This document shows positions 35,121 through 48,365 of a stretch of 64,000 nucleotides of DNA, in pieces. Each line of letters starts with the position of its first letter. The first letter of the stretch is position 1. The notes under the pieces are model-generated. The model did no database searches. It was not told the origin of the DNA and worked only from the letters and a program-made list of their open reading frames with translations. Source of the DNA: Podospora anserina (taxonomy: Eukaryota). A program made the translations under genes and the position numbers. The stretch is taken from the NCBI GenBank assembly GCA_017654855.1, contig CM030338.1:3286001-3350000 (forward strand). The letters run 5' to 3'.

Positions 35121-38100
35121 TCACCCCTTTTGACCGACATCACCGTCCCTATTCTCAACTCCCGACCGAAACTGAGAATTGTCAACACCAACCAAGGTGA
35201 CACCACCCCCAATCTCAGGATCCCGCTGCTTGGTCTTGACCGCCCGATCGCCCCGCCTCTTCGCCCAACTTTTGCCTGCCTTCAAACCGTCACTTGTACT
35301 CCTCACCGTGAGCCCCATGATCTCTTTGAAGCTATTCAGCAAATTCTGCCACCGTTGGTCACGAGTTCGTTTGTCAAGATTGAAAGCCAGGAACACCGAT
35401 GGAATGATTAGGCCAACAGAAATCGAAACTATTTTTCCAAGACGGTCAGTGAGTGTGCAGCGAGCCTAGCGACATGTTTCTATACGCACATATGATGATG
35501 AGGACGAATTTCAACGACAGGTTCCCGGTGTCGCCACGTGGAAATTCCTCAACCTCTATGGTCAAAAAGGAGGCCATGAATGATAGCGGAAGCTGTATTT
35601 CCGGTCAGCGAAGCTGCTCAAGTGCAAATAAGTTCAGGTTACAAGGGGAAACTTACAAAGATAATGGTTGCAACAGTAAAGTACATGATCGTCTTGCCCT
35701 GCCTGTCATTTTCATCGTTGATCTTGTAGATTCCCCTCGTCAGCTGGAGGTTAGCCTGCTTGTGCTTCAAATCCAGCAGTTGTTCAATCTAAGCAGCAGT
35801 CATCTTATTAGTACAAGCTTCGCGAACAACAGGGAAGGCAACCATGTTGACTTACCGCTTGGATAGCTCTTTCAGCAAACTTTTCGAGGCGCACGACCTC
35901 TGCAATGTTGCGAGTAACAACCTCCAGCATTGGCGAATGGTACTTCTGCCGATCCGAATCCTGTTCGATCCCTGCATTGTTGTAAATAATATCTGGGGTT
36001 CGTCTCCGGGAAGGCGAGCGGAACCCCCTAGAAGGCGGGTAGGGGTTGCCTCTTCTAAATGGGGGGCTGGAGCTTCGGCGTCTGAAAGGTGGGCTAACAG
36101 TGCGTCTCGAGAAAGCACGGCTGTAATCTCGTCTTCTGAATGGAGGTGGCGGCCCGAGGTTCCGCTCTTGCTCTAGGATCATGGTGTTTCTTTGCTCTTC
36201 AAAGTCTTCGAGAATATGATCTAGAGTCTCCACAATGTTCTTCTGTATATGGAAAATCGATGAGATGATGTGAAGCTCATCGCGAATGTCCTTGATCTTT
36301 CTCAAGTCTTCAATATCGGCTTTGATGTCAATCATGGCGTTCAACTTCTTGGGAACCTCATCAAACTCGGCATGTGGCGATAGAGCCTTTGATTCGCCTG
36401 CCTTGTTGTCAGACGAAGCGTCAGGCTGTTCCTCATCGGCAGTTGGAATGTTGTTTTGAAAAGACAGGAAGCGGTTGGTCTCATCCTCAGTCTGGTGGCA
36501 CAGGTTTGTTAGAATGAGTCACAGTTAATGCCGGGGACAGTTTAAAAGAGGGAGGCTCACAATTTCACCAATTGATGTCCGATATATCTCGACAAACTGA
36601 ACCAACTCATTCCGGTTACTCATAGGATCAAAGTATATCCGAGCACACTCTGCGACTATGATTTTTGCCAGTTCGTCAACCGATGCATCACCTTTCGCTG
36701 ACTGCTCGCGAAATCGATCAAAAATATTAGATACCAGTGATGTCATAATCTTCGAGGTTTTTGTCGTCATCCTGTTGGATCGTTGTGGAAAGGCAGTGAT
36801 GATGGTTCTCGGCGATTTCCCGCACTTTGGCAGCACCCACATCCATAGCTGGTCTACCATGGTAATTGTGGGTTTCAAATCCTCTGACTCTTTCGAGTGT
36901 AGGGTCTGTCGTCTTTCATTAAAGTACCTCAAGGAGGTCTGGTCCTGGTCACGTTTCTCCGTGTCCGCGAGCGTGTGGTAGTAGAATTGGTCGAGCGTAC
37001 GTCGACCATGCAGCGGGTGCTCTTCGTCGAGGTAGGCCCAATACAGCTTTTCGGTTCCGCAGAGACTCCTATCATCAAGTGCTGTTCGGACGAGGTTACG
37101 GCGATACTCTTTGGCGGCATCCTCGGTCGGAAATATCTTCTTCTTGGCTTCGGACTTTTTTACCAGGACGTCTTTGAGCTTTCGCTGTTCTTCTTCCTGC
37201 TCCCAATGTAAATACGGCATCTGTGGTCAGCTGGTTAGTTCACTGTGAACCATGCTATCTAAAGAGCAAGGAGATGGCAAGACTCGACGCCAACTACTCA
37301 CAAAAAGGACCAAGCCTTGTTCAGTTGGATCTTCTTCGGCTGCGAGTGTCAAACCGGCTTAGTTAGCCCCTGTCGAAAGTCCCAGAGAATCTGTGTCCGA
37401 GGAATCGAGGCTTACGAAAGGCGAACGGACGACACGCCGGACGCATGAACCTTGCGTGGTACTGCCCATCTTGTGACTTGTGTTGATGCTGCTCCCACAA
37501 CCTTGGTTTCAAAACAACATTGGCTCGCCAGCCCTCTCCCAAAGCCTCATAATGTTTCGCCATGAGCACCTGAGAGTTTCGGCACAGTGTTAATCACCTA
37601 AGGCGAGGTTGTTTAATCTGTGTATTTGACGAACATACCTCAACCCATCGCATCTACGCATGTGAAACCGTTAGCATGGTTTCTATACGGTGAGCTGAAG
37701 TCAAACTCACGTTGTTGGCAGGAAGATGTGTCCAAACACACGCCATGTCTTCTCTGGAAGGTGGGCGCTTCCCCTGCAGGATTGACGCGACTGTCGGGGT
37801 GTGTATCTCGAGATTATCTTTCGAGTAATACAGAAGGGTTGCGCTGAACTCGCTGTCAACCCGAGTAGTCATAGTTGATGGTTCACGCCAGAGAAATCCG
37901 GATGGATTCAGCTTGCCAAACATGGTCCTCAGAGTTCTTGTTTCCGATACCGAATCTTTCTGTATCCTCTCGTCGAGGTAGTCTTTGAGAAGCCTCCCCT
38001 TGTTGTCCTTGATGTCTGATTTTGCCCCATACAAGAGCAGCGTCTCGAATACAGGCAGATGTTGATTGTCAGCCGCATACCAGAGTGGTGTTTGTGACTT

Positions 38101-40392
38101 GTTGTCACGCGAGTTGATATCCACAGCCGCCTCATTTGTCGCCGAAGCACCCTTCTTGCTCCGACCATTATGACTATCCTCACCCGGGCCCTTCCAATCA
38201 CGCCGAGCAAGCAGCATTTTGACAACTTCCAAGCGGCCCATTCCAGCGGCCCAGGAGAGTGGAGTTCTGCCGTCGACGTCTTTGCTGTCTGGCCTTACAC
38301 TCTTGACACTCAGAAGATATCGGACGCAGTCTTCGTGCCCCCCTGCGGCAGCCCAAGAAAGCACCGTTCTCTTATTGTTTTCTTGGCTGTCCTCCTCTGC
38401 GCCCTTTCTTACCAAAAGCTGCATGACCTCCAAGAGACCGGTTTCTGCTGCATAAGAAAGTGGTGTCCGACCGGCTTTGTCCCGAGAGTCACGAGAAACC
38501 CCGAGGTCGAGAAGACTTCTGACCATCATTACCGTTTCGGTGGCACTGGTGATTTTGTTTTGGGCCACCCAGTGCAAAGGGGTACGACCTTGGTCATCTG
38601 CCGTTCTGAAGTCGAGATTCGGCTTCTTACACAGCTTTTCCATCTCCAAAGAGTGTCCGTACTGGGCTACCCACGACACCAAGTTCCTGCCGTTCCCGTC
38701 CACGGCCTTGAGATACACCTCGTCGTCTGTGCTGTCCAGAGGGAAGATTGGAGATCTAGAACCAGAATATTCCTCTTCGTCACACGCATACCGCAGAGCT
38801 AGTTCTATCGCACGCACACGGGGCGTTTCCTTATTCCCAGGCGCAGGTTGCTCTCTCTCCTCATCGACAAAGGCTTTGATCATATTCAAGTTGTGAATAC
38901 AGAATGATATCGCTGGCCTTCCATTGACATCGACCATGTAGATATCTGCCCCAGCTCTGATCAAAGCCCGGACGGCTTCTGGGCGATCATGATTAGCGGC
39001 CCAAAAAAGAGGCGACCCGCCGTAGCTGTTGGGAGCGTCGATCAGAGATGGGCCGGCCTTGATCAGGGCCTCCACAGTGCTGGCAGAACAACTACGGGCT
39101 GCGAAATGCAGAGCCGTGGCCATCTCGCCATCTCGGGCATCAACTTTGCTAACCGGGATAAGCTGTTCCACGACCTGATCACGCCCATTCGCTGCGGCCA
39201 ACATGAGTGCCGTCATGTTGAACCTGCTGTCCGTCACTTCGGTATCTGCGCCATGTTCAAGAAGAATAGCAACGATTGAACTATGGCCACGCTCCGAGGC
39301 CAAGAGAAGCGGCGTCCTGCCATCCATATCTGGGGTGTCGACTAAACAACCGGCGGCAATCATCCGCTGCAGAGCTGCGGGTTCAACGCCGAAATATGCA
39401 GCGAGGTGGAAAGCCGTTGCGCCACGTTCGTCATTCCGGATTGTGAGGTCCGGCTTGAGGTCTTGGTGAATAAAGTCGTGCCACTTTTCTTCACAGTTGG
39501 TTGCTGCAATAGCAAAGGCAGTCAGGTTCCAGTCTCCGTTAGGAACTGGTGGGCGACATAGTCTGTAAGGGTCGGCGCCAGCGTCTATGAGGGCACATAT
39601 ATTTTCGATATGGCCGTTCTTTGCAGCCCAATACAGTGGTGTTTTGCCTTGTTCATCGGGAAATTCAAGTTGAGGGCCCCGTTCGAGCAGGAGCTGGATC
39701 ATCGTGACATCGCCCTGTTTAGCAGCTTCGATAAGAGGTCTTGCCTCGGGTCCTCTGCCGTCGACATCAAAGCTGCCGTCGACCCTGTCGAGCAACAATT
39801 TGGCCAATTCGGCTTTCCCCCGTTGGCAAGCATAGTATATCGCAGTGCGGCCTTCATCATCCTCCAAGAGAGGGTTCGCACCGGCCTCGAGCAATGCAGC
39901 GGCATTGGAAACTGCATTGCGAGAATACAGAGCCGCAAACATGAGCGGCGTCAGCCCATCGTCGTCGCGCACGTTAGAGTCCGAAGAAACGAAACGTTTG
40001 ACATCCTCTGCCGAGCCATACTCGGTAGCCACAAACAGCATGCTCCTGCCGGCGCAGTACTTGTGTGAGATGTCTTCCTCTTTGATGTTGGCGAGGAGAT
40101 ACTCAATCACGTTGACGTATTCCTTGTTCATAGCCCAGAAGACTGGGCTGTTGCCGTCGACGTCCAGAATGTCCAAACGGGCGCCATGTTCATATAAAAG
40201 CTTGAAGACTTCCAAAAGACCCAGTTCGGCAGCCCACGATATGGCGGTTTGTCCATAGTACGCTTCATCTTTCACATTCACATCCTCTGCCTGATCCAGC
40301 AGCTCCTTGACCTTCTCAAAATCGTTTGCTTTGGCGGCTTCGATGAGCGGATGGGTTTTATCTGTTTCATTACCGCGATGCGGGCTCGCCAT
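35121..40392 (-). CDS. Ankyrin-repeat (~20 repeats) + CorA-like membrane-domain protein, 9 exons (1575 aa): 40392-37711, 37653-37639, 37569-37416, 37339-37302, 37220-36561, 36491-35856, 35788-35657, 35592-35490, 35428-35121
   Basis: Repeated G.TPL..AA..G motifs in exon 1. Then HLPANNMRWVE, HARFMRP, FMPYLHWE, RRTLDQFYY, MVDQLWMW, IKDIRDEL, LLDLKHKQAN and QGKTIMYFTVATIIFLPLSFMASF, followed by a second TM. All 8 introns are GT..AG and the spliced total is 4728 nt. Confidence 0.85.
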
Positions 40393-41362
40393 GGTGTAGT
40401 GATTTGGTAGGCAGTTCGTTTCGGGCGTGAAGTTGTCCAGTGGCAGGCTAGACAATGGTTCGCCAGCCTAGTGCCATCACGTTGCTGTGAGCAGGGCAAA
40501 AGCTGTTATACATGCCGCGCCTATTATGTCTGTCTTGGTTGAGAACATGTACGGTGGTCAGAAGTCTCGAAGGCCAGGAGAGGAGGCTGAGAAAAACCGT
40601 GTGTGTGGTACATCGTGCATGATGGCTGCAGGCAGCGCCACAAACGCTGTAATTGCGGCCCCAATACTTGCATAGGATGGTAGGATTCCAGCTAGTGTTA
40701 CAGGCTAGCTCTTGTTAGATCTTGTCAAAAAAAACAGCTCGTTGGTCAAGGGGTCATGTTGCGACTCCAAATCGTGGACTGGTTGTTGGAACTTGTGACA
40801 TTGCCAAGGCGAGGCTCCGCGGAGGAGCAAGCCCGGATAGGAGGGATTTTGCATCCTTCCCGCGGTCCCGGCCTGTTGGGCATAACTGAGAAAGATCTTT
40901 GCATGGTGGCTGGTCGAGAGGTGGTGCAAACAAGCAATTGTTGGTAGCCCCTCATTATTCAAGCTTTCTGCAGTTGGTTAAACAAATGACAAGCAACGTG
41001 GTGATTTAGAGGGTGTCAAAATAACCTACCTCGATGGAGTAGAATTTTCGATTTGCTTTTTACACGACACAGAAAAGGATCAAGAAGCCATCCACTTTTG
41101 GTGTTTGAGTTAAAGGTCACCACTTGGGTCGGATAGGTCGTTGGGTGATATCGGGTTAGGGTTCTATGAGGTCTAGGATAAGATAAGAGATAACGATAAT
41201 CATTCGGGAGCTCCAGCATCAAGCAAGAGCGCAGGTGTAACACACCAGGCAGGTTCGAACGTCTTGAGAGATCTTTTCCCCGCCCGTCATATATTCTCTG
41301 TTCCAAATTTCATGACCTTCTAGAAGATGCATGACTGAGACTTTCTGCACCAGTCGTCCAAC

Positions 41363-43105
41363 ATGAAGTCTGCCGTGCCTCGAGCCCTTCGCAACGCTCG
41401 CCGTATCTTCCCAAGAGCTTCCTCCACCAGGAGTTCGAGCTCAAGCTCATTACCAAGACTTGGAAACAACCGTTTGAATGGCACCACCACTTTGACATCA
41501 CAACACCGTAACTTTTCTGCTACAACGGGGTTACGAGATATTGATGAGGACAAAGATCGAAAATGGTCAACTCCTCTTGCCAAGCAGCTGGCAGCTGCCA
41601 TTGAGGTGAGCTCTCACTCATGTACCTATCTCATGCTCATACTCATAATATCACTAGTTGACTGGACCAATTCCCCTCGCCAGTTTTATGCGCATGTGTT
41701 TGACTTCTGATATCGGAGGTTATTACACTGGAGCCATTGAGAAAGACCGGGATCAGTTTGGCTTAAAGGGTGACTTTGTCACATCACCAGAAATCTCACA
41801 AGTATTTGGCGAGCTCATTGGTGTATGGTTCCTGACGGAATGGCTAGCTCAGGGACGCCAGAGTCGGGGCGTCGAGTTAATTGAAGTTGGGCCAGGACGT
41901 GGCACTCTCATGGATGATGTTCTTAGGGTATGTACAACTATGTCTCCTGAATTGAGGTCATAGCTAACAACTGGTAGACAATACAAAGCTTCCCAGCCAT
42001 GGCCAATAGCATAGACGCCATCTACATGGTTGAGGCCAGTCCCGAGCTCAGAATGGCTCAAAAGAACCTTCTCTGCGGCGAAGATGCTCCCATGACCGAG
42101 TCCAAGGTTGGCTATCACAGCGTATGCAAATACAACGCCCTGCCCATCGTGTGGACCGAGACCATCAAGTCAATTCCTATTGGTAAGTGACTTCCACTCC
42201 TCCTCTACACTGCTCAAACCTAACATTCAATAGCCCCCCAAAAAATGCCCTTCATCGTCGCCCACGAATTCTTCGACGCCCTTCCCATCCACGCTTTCGA
42301 ACTCGTCTCCGTCCCCGCCTCCAAATCAGAAGCTCCCTCCTCAACAGACAACTCCTCCCCCTCCAGCAAGACCACCACCCCAACCCTCCAATGGCGCGAA
42401 ATGCTCGTCTCCCCCACACCCCCCGGCTCAACCCACGAATCCCTCAAGACACCAGCCACCCAATCCAGGGAGACCCCACCCCCCGACTTCCAACTCACCC
42501 GTGCGACCTCCTCCACCCGTCACTCCCTCTACCTCCCCGAATCCTCCCCCCGCTTCCGCGCTCTCAAATCCAGCGTCGGCCCCGGCGCCCTCCTAGAAGT
42601 CTGCCCCGACGCCTCCCTCTACGCAAGCGACTTTGCAGCCCGGATAGGCGGCTCCCCCCAGCACCCAAAACCCAAACCCTCCGGCGCAGCTCTTATTCTT
42701 GATTACGGGCCCGGAGATGGAACCATCCCCACCAACTCCCTCCGTGGCATCCGCAAACATAGGCGTGTCTCCCCTTTTGCCGAGCCCGGACTTACTGATT
42801 TGTCAGTTGATGTCGATTTTGCGGGCATTGCGGAGTCGGCTACGAGAGCGAGTGAAGGGGTGGAGGTTCATGGGCCTGTTGCTCAGGGGGATTTCTTGGA
42901 GTTGATGGGGATTAGGGAACGGGCTGAGGTGCTGGCTAAGAGGGCGGGGGAGGAGGAGAAGGGGAGGGCGGTGGAGAAGGCTTGGAGGAGGTTGGTTGAT
43001 AGGGGGCCCGGGGGGATGGGGAAGGTTTATCAGGCTTTGGCGATTGTGCCAGAGAATGGGGGGAGGAGGAGGCCGGTTGGGTTTGGGGGAGATGTGGTGC
43101 AGTGA
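41363..43105 (+). CDS. NDUFAF7: Mitochondrial protein-arginine methyltransferase NDUFAF7/MidA; exons 41363-41605, 41658-41927, 41978-42182, 42234-43105 (529 aa)
   Basis: Arg/Ser-rich presequence; [53 protein letters not shown]. Confidence 0.92.
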
Positions 43106-43633
43106 GGGATTGAGGGTGTGTGTAAGATGGGGGGTGTTGTGGGGGGGAGGTGGTGTAGGAGTATACGAGAGGTTATTCAATGCGTATTTGACCGGTGTGA
43201 ACAATGGAATCAAGACAGAAAAGTAGGAACAGCTACAACTGCGAAGTTGCTCCTTCTTTCTAAATGGCCAACCAGACCGGCATGTTGCTCCCAGAAAGTG
43301 GGAGAAAATTACCGAAAAAAGCATCCCCAGAAATCGAACTGAAAGCGAAGGGAGTAACCCAAACACCACCAGAGTGGCCTGAAAAGCTGCCGAAGCTGCC
43401 ATTGCTTCAAGTTTATCAGCTACTTCGCTGGCAGGAAGGTGCAGAGGAGCAGTATATAAGGTGTGCATTATTTCATAACAATAAAAAGGCAACGCCTAAT
43501 GATAAACTACAAAATCATCAAAGCCAAAGCAAGACAACGCCATCCGCCTATGCCAGACTATTACTATGGAACCCATCAAACCAGAAAAGACGTGACAGAT
43601 CCATAAGCAGTGATCCCTCCACCAGCCACTCCC

Positions 43634-46600
43634 TCAGTTGGCCACAAACCCCAACTTCCCAAACAAAGTATCCATCGCCACCCACTGCCTCCCACACTTA
43701 TCCAGATACCTATCCACCACCCCCTTCACAGTCCCAAACCGAACCCTATTATGCTCCGCCATAACCATCACCCTCTCCCTCGTCTCCCCAGTCACCACCT
43801 CCCCCGTCTCACCCCCCGTCGCCCTGCTCGTAGCCTTCTCCTTGGCCTTGTCAACATCAAACAACGAAGCAAAGTACACGAGCTGGTTATACATATCCCT
43901 CTCCCCAAACTCCCACCTCATCCTCCCCATGCAGTCCCTCCCCAGCCCCTTCGGCCCAAGACACCGGTCCCCATAGACAGACATCTGTCTAGTTCGGTTG
44001 CCACAATCCGCATCCCCGCAGACAAGCCACCCCTCATAATACCGCGACGTCTGCTCCCTCACCTGCGCCTCCACCTGCGCAACAATAGAGAGTGTAGACA
44101 GCGTAGCCGAACAAGAAGGGCAGGCAAGCCCCTTCGGCGTAACCATCTCCACCGACCCCAACAACCCCTCAAACGCAGACGTCCCCTTACACGCCCTACA
44201 CCTCAACAAAAGCCGTTTACAATCCGCAAACCGAACCTGATCCGGAATCTGCGACTCCAGCGGGTGAATCTCCAGATCCTGTCCCCCCGCAGAACCACTC
44301 CCAGAGTTGGAGTTGTTGTTCGCAAACCTCCGCGGGTCCAACCCAAGATTCTCCGCCAACTGACTTGTAGAAGTCCCGGTGATATTCGCGCAAAGACGCT
44401 CAACCGGAGGAAAGATCTGCTTCCCAATATACCACTCCACATCCGGGCTCAGCTCCGACCCAGCCTTTAGCACGTCCTGGGGTGTGTACGCCCGCTTGGC
44501 AAAGTGCTCCGAGGATTGCTTCGCGTCGCCGGTAATGATGTACGACACCACATCCCCCTTCCGCATTGTCTTCCCCCTCGCCATCTCCCGCAGCGCGACC
44601 TGGATCTGGGGCATCGTATCCCCGTTCTGGCCGTACTCGGTAGGCGACTTGCCCAGCTGGGTGAGGATGATGTACTTTGGGATCTGAACCTTCCCCTCGC
44701 GCATCTTGGACGAGATTTCGCGGAGGTAATCATGGATTTTCTGCACCGAGTCCTCAATGTCATTGCCTGACAAGATCTCATCCAGAAGTTTCTTCGAGAT
44801 CTCCCTCGACAGAGGACAGTACTCGCGGCGCTTCATGTCCAGACCCTTGATCTCCATCTTCTCGACATACTTCCCGTCCGTCTCCACCAGGTTGACAGCG
44901 GCGTACTTTTTCTTGGCTTGGAGGAGGATGCGCCGGAAGATGTTGTCAATGTCGATTTCGAGCTTCTTGTAGCTGCCGTTGACGGCCGCTTTGAACTCGC
45001 GGCCGACGCGGAGGGCGTCGGCGACGTTGTCGACGTTGGCGTTGATCATGACCGAGTCGGTGTCGCCGTAGATGACTTGGAGCTGCATGCTCTCGGCGAG
45101 GTCCTTGGTGCTGCGGAGAACCTCGCGGCCCTTGAAGGTGGTGAGGACGGCGAGGGGTCGGGCGTAGAAGCGGGATTTGGTGTATCCCAGACAGCCGTAC
45201 ATGGAGTTGGCTGTTAGCTTCAGGGCGAGCTGCTTGATGTCCCATGTTGCAAGCTGTTCGGGGGTGGCGGTCTTGTCCTTCATTAGGCTCTTGACTTGCC
45301 TACGGCGATCGACGAGGGTGGCGATGAGTCTGGGGAGAACACCGAGGTCCTGTTTCTCAGGGACCTGTGGCACGCCATCTTCCTCGGACTATGTTCATGT
45401 TAGTAAAGGCACCCAAAAGGGGGGCTGTTGTCAACTCACCAAAAACGTTCGATCAACAGTAGTGAAGCAGATGTTGTACTCCTGAATAATGGAGGGATAC
45501 AGCGAGTTGAAGTCCATGACAAGAACAAACTTGTCATACAGACCCTTCTCGGGCTCGAAAACGAGACCACCCTTGTACTTATCCTTCTTCTTACCAGCCT
45601 CGCCACCGTCTTCCTCATCCTCAGGCCGAGCACGACCCTTGAAAGGCTCCTTGTCTGGGCAGATATACTTGTTCCGATGGAACTCATGCAGCAGAATGTA
45701 CTCGTTGCGCTCAGCACGGGTACCCGTCAGCGTCCTGGCCCAAGAATTACCAGCAAGGTTGGTAAGAACCTTGGTCAACGGCAAAATCTGAGTTCGGAGA
45801 GCCAAAGCAGCAACGTAGTACGTATCAATCTCAGCATGCGAGATGTAGTCCATAAGGCCGTCTTTCGTCACAGCCAAGCTCTTGAGCGCTGCTTCATTGT
45901 CGAGATCCCTGCGAGGAACGTCGGTAGGCAGGTACAGATTGCACATTTCCGTCAAGCTCCAGGACTGACACTTCATCATGACTGATTTGCCGGCGTCGTT
46001 GGCAAGATCGCAGAGCAGTCGTCCAGACATGATCTGGCGCTCGGCGAATACGTTGCCGCCAACCTTGCCCATCGATGCCGGCCATTGGCTTCTTCTCAGC
46101 CTTCCCAGACGAGACCACTGGTGAGTCTTCTTCTCGTGAAGGCGGTTAAGTAGAATGCTGTAGTCCACGCCCTCTAGTTGATGACCCATGATGACATCTG
46201 GATCCACCACATCCACCTGCGCTAGGAAGAAAGACAACATGGCTGACTCCTCCTTCACGAGCTTGATGAGCCCTCTCTTGCGCTCCTTGGCCATCGTTTC
46301 AAAGCCCAAGGGGAAAGCAGTACCCTGGGGCCGAACAACAGTAAATGTTCGACATGGCAGCTTGTCGGCAGGTGTGGTGTCACTAAGAGAGACATCCTCG
46401 TAGATTCTCGCGCTAATGGCAAGAATCTCTTGCTTGTTGGCCTTGGCGTTGAAGATGGTGCGCAGGGCAATGCTCATGAGAGTCAACGGAGGCGCTTCCA
46501 CATTCTCGCTGTCCTTGAAGGGCGCGACCATGTTGGGATGATCCACCAAGACTTCCAAACGGCAGTGAGACGAGTTCTTCAACGCGCCGAAATCGGCATC

Positions 46601-48176
46601 TTCAATCTTCAACCAGCAAGGGCCCTTGATGTTCTTCCACAGGACAAATTGCTCAAACAGAGCTGTGTTGGTGCCAAAAACATGTGAAAAGGTCTCTCCG
46701 GTAGTGTTCATGTCGATGGGGGCCTTGGTGTAGGGGTAGAGAAGCTTGAGGTACTGACCCTCTTTCGGGACGTCGGGAAGTTCAAAGGCGTACTTTCGAG
46801 TGCAAGCCTTGATCTTGTACATGCCAACATTCTTCTTGGTCATGATGGCGTCGACCTCGTTGTAGACATCCATCATTTCAACCTCTTCTCCAGTATCGAC
46901 CTTACCCTGAACACGGGTCTTGCGGGGCAAGAAATACAGCTTGCGCAAGATGTTGTCAATCTTGACAAAGCAACTGACATGGTGATTGGTCTTCTTGTTG
47001 AGTACCTTTCCAAAAAGACAGAGACTCCCGTTGACTTCTGTGTAGTCGGTCCAGAAAAGGTTGAGACTGCCATCTTCCTCGATAGCATCCTTGTAGTCGA
47101 TCTTGCCTATCCCTCTGGCCTCGGCCTGCGAGTTTCCAACGACGTTTAATTTTTGGTTTAGGCCGTTCCAAGAGGAGGCGTCAATGGCAGGCTCGGCAGC
47201 CTTCATAGGGGACGATGTAATAGCGGCGCTGGGCAGAGGCTCCGCCTTGATAATCTTTTTGACCGGACGAGAAGCAGAGATGTTGACGCTAGCAGCAGTT
47301 ACCGCGCCAGTATGAGCAACCTCCATCATATCTTCGTCCTCTTCCTCCTCTTCTATGACAGCCTTTGGTTGCACTCTCCGTTGCGCAACCTTTGCAGCAG
47401 GGGAAGATGGCAACGGAGGATCGCTCATCATGACATCCGGAGCTGCTACTGGCTCGTCCTCGGCAGGAGGCAAGAAGTTGTCCTCACTCATATCATAGTC
47501 GGGGGATGGTGAAGAAAGCCTGTCATCGATCACCTTCTTCTTCTTGGGGGCCGGTTGACGGGCTTCTCGTGCTGGAGAAAGGGCGCGGGTCGTTCTCCTT
47601 TCGGCTGAGCGGTCTCTCTTCTTGGATGATCTCACGACGGGGGCGGGAACATTGGCGTCAACCTCTCCGAGGAGGTCGGCAAGAAATTTGTCGTCATCTT
47701 CTGTCTTAACGACCTTGGGTTTGGGCTGTGTCTTGGTGGCGCCTTTGGTGAAGTATTCGGTAATATTTCGATCATTGGCGTCCCGTTTCGCCTTTTCCTC
47801 GTCTCGCTGTTTCTTGGCTGAAGTTGTAGCTAGATTAGCCAACGGTCTTTAATGGGTCCAAATCCAGAAGAAGATAGAACATACATTTACGCTCCTTTCG
47901 TTCTTCAACTCCATCCTCGCTTTCCGAGTCATAGGCAGCTGGTATGCGATCCCACTCCTCTCGGCCATCATCCGCATAGCCCTCCCCGTTGTCGTCAACA
48001 ACGAAATCGTCCTCGTTAAGACGTTGGCGCACAATCTTCTTGTATTGGTTCTCGTCGACCTCCTCGTACAGATCTTCCACCTCTTCGACCTCGTATGTGT
48101 CGAACTTCTTTTTGCCGGACTCTCGAAGGGCGCGCAGTTCGGCGAACTTGTCCCGCTTGCTCCCTGCTCTCGACAT
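43634..48176 (-). CDS. POL1: DNA polymerase alpha catalytic subunit; exons 48176-47885, 47817-45440, 45388-43634 (1474 aa)
   Basis: [13 protein letters not shown]-terminus; B-family motifs [23 protein letters not shown] and YGDTDS; C-terminal Cys clusters (CRAC..CPSC, CGDADC). Confidence 0.97.
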
Positions 48177-48342
48177 GGCTGGTAGGTTGTGTTGTTTTCC
48201 GAACTACAGGAAAATGGATAGAGATTGGGGACTCTGTTGGTTGTCCTAGACAGGAAGCGGCGGTGGGCAATGCTGGATGCTGTCAGGAGGGTGGGCTTCA
48301 ACTTTTGTCCATTAATTGGCCGCTGGTGTTAAAGTGGGTTGG

Positions 48343-48365
48343 ACGCGCCTTTTCGTGTGTCGCGT
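48343..48365. promoter_or_regulatory. G1/S element cluster upstream of POL1: ACGCG, SCB (CACGAAAA, minus strand) and ACGCGA (minus strand)
   Basis: ggACGCGccTTTTCGTGtgTCGCGTc, 167-189 bp upstream of the POL1 ATG. Confidence 0.6.
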
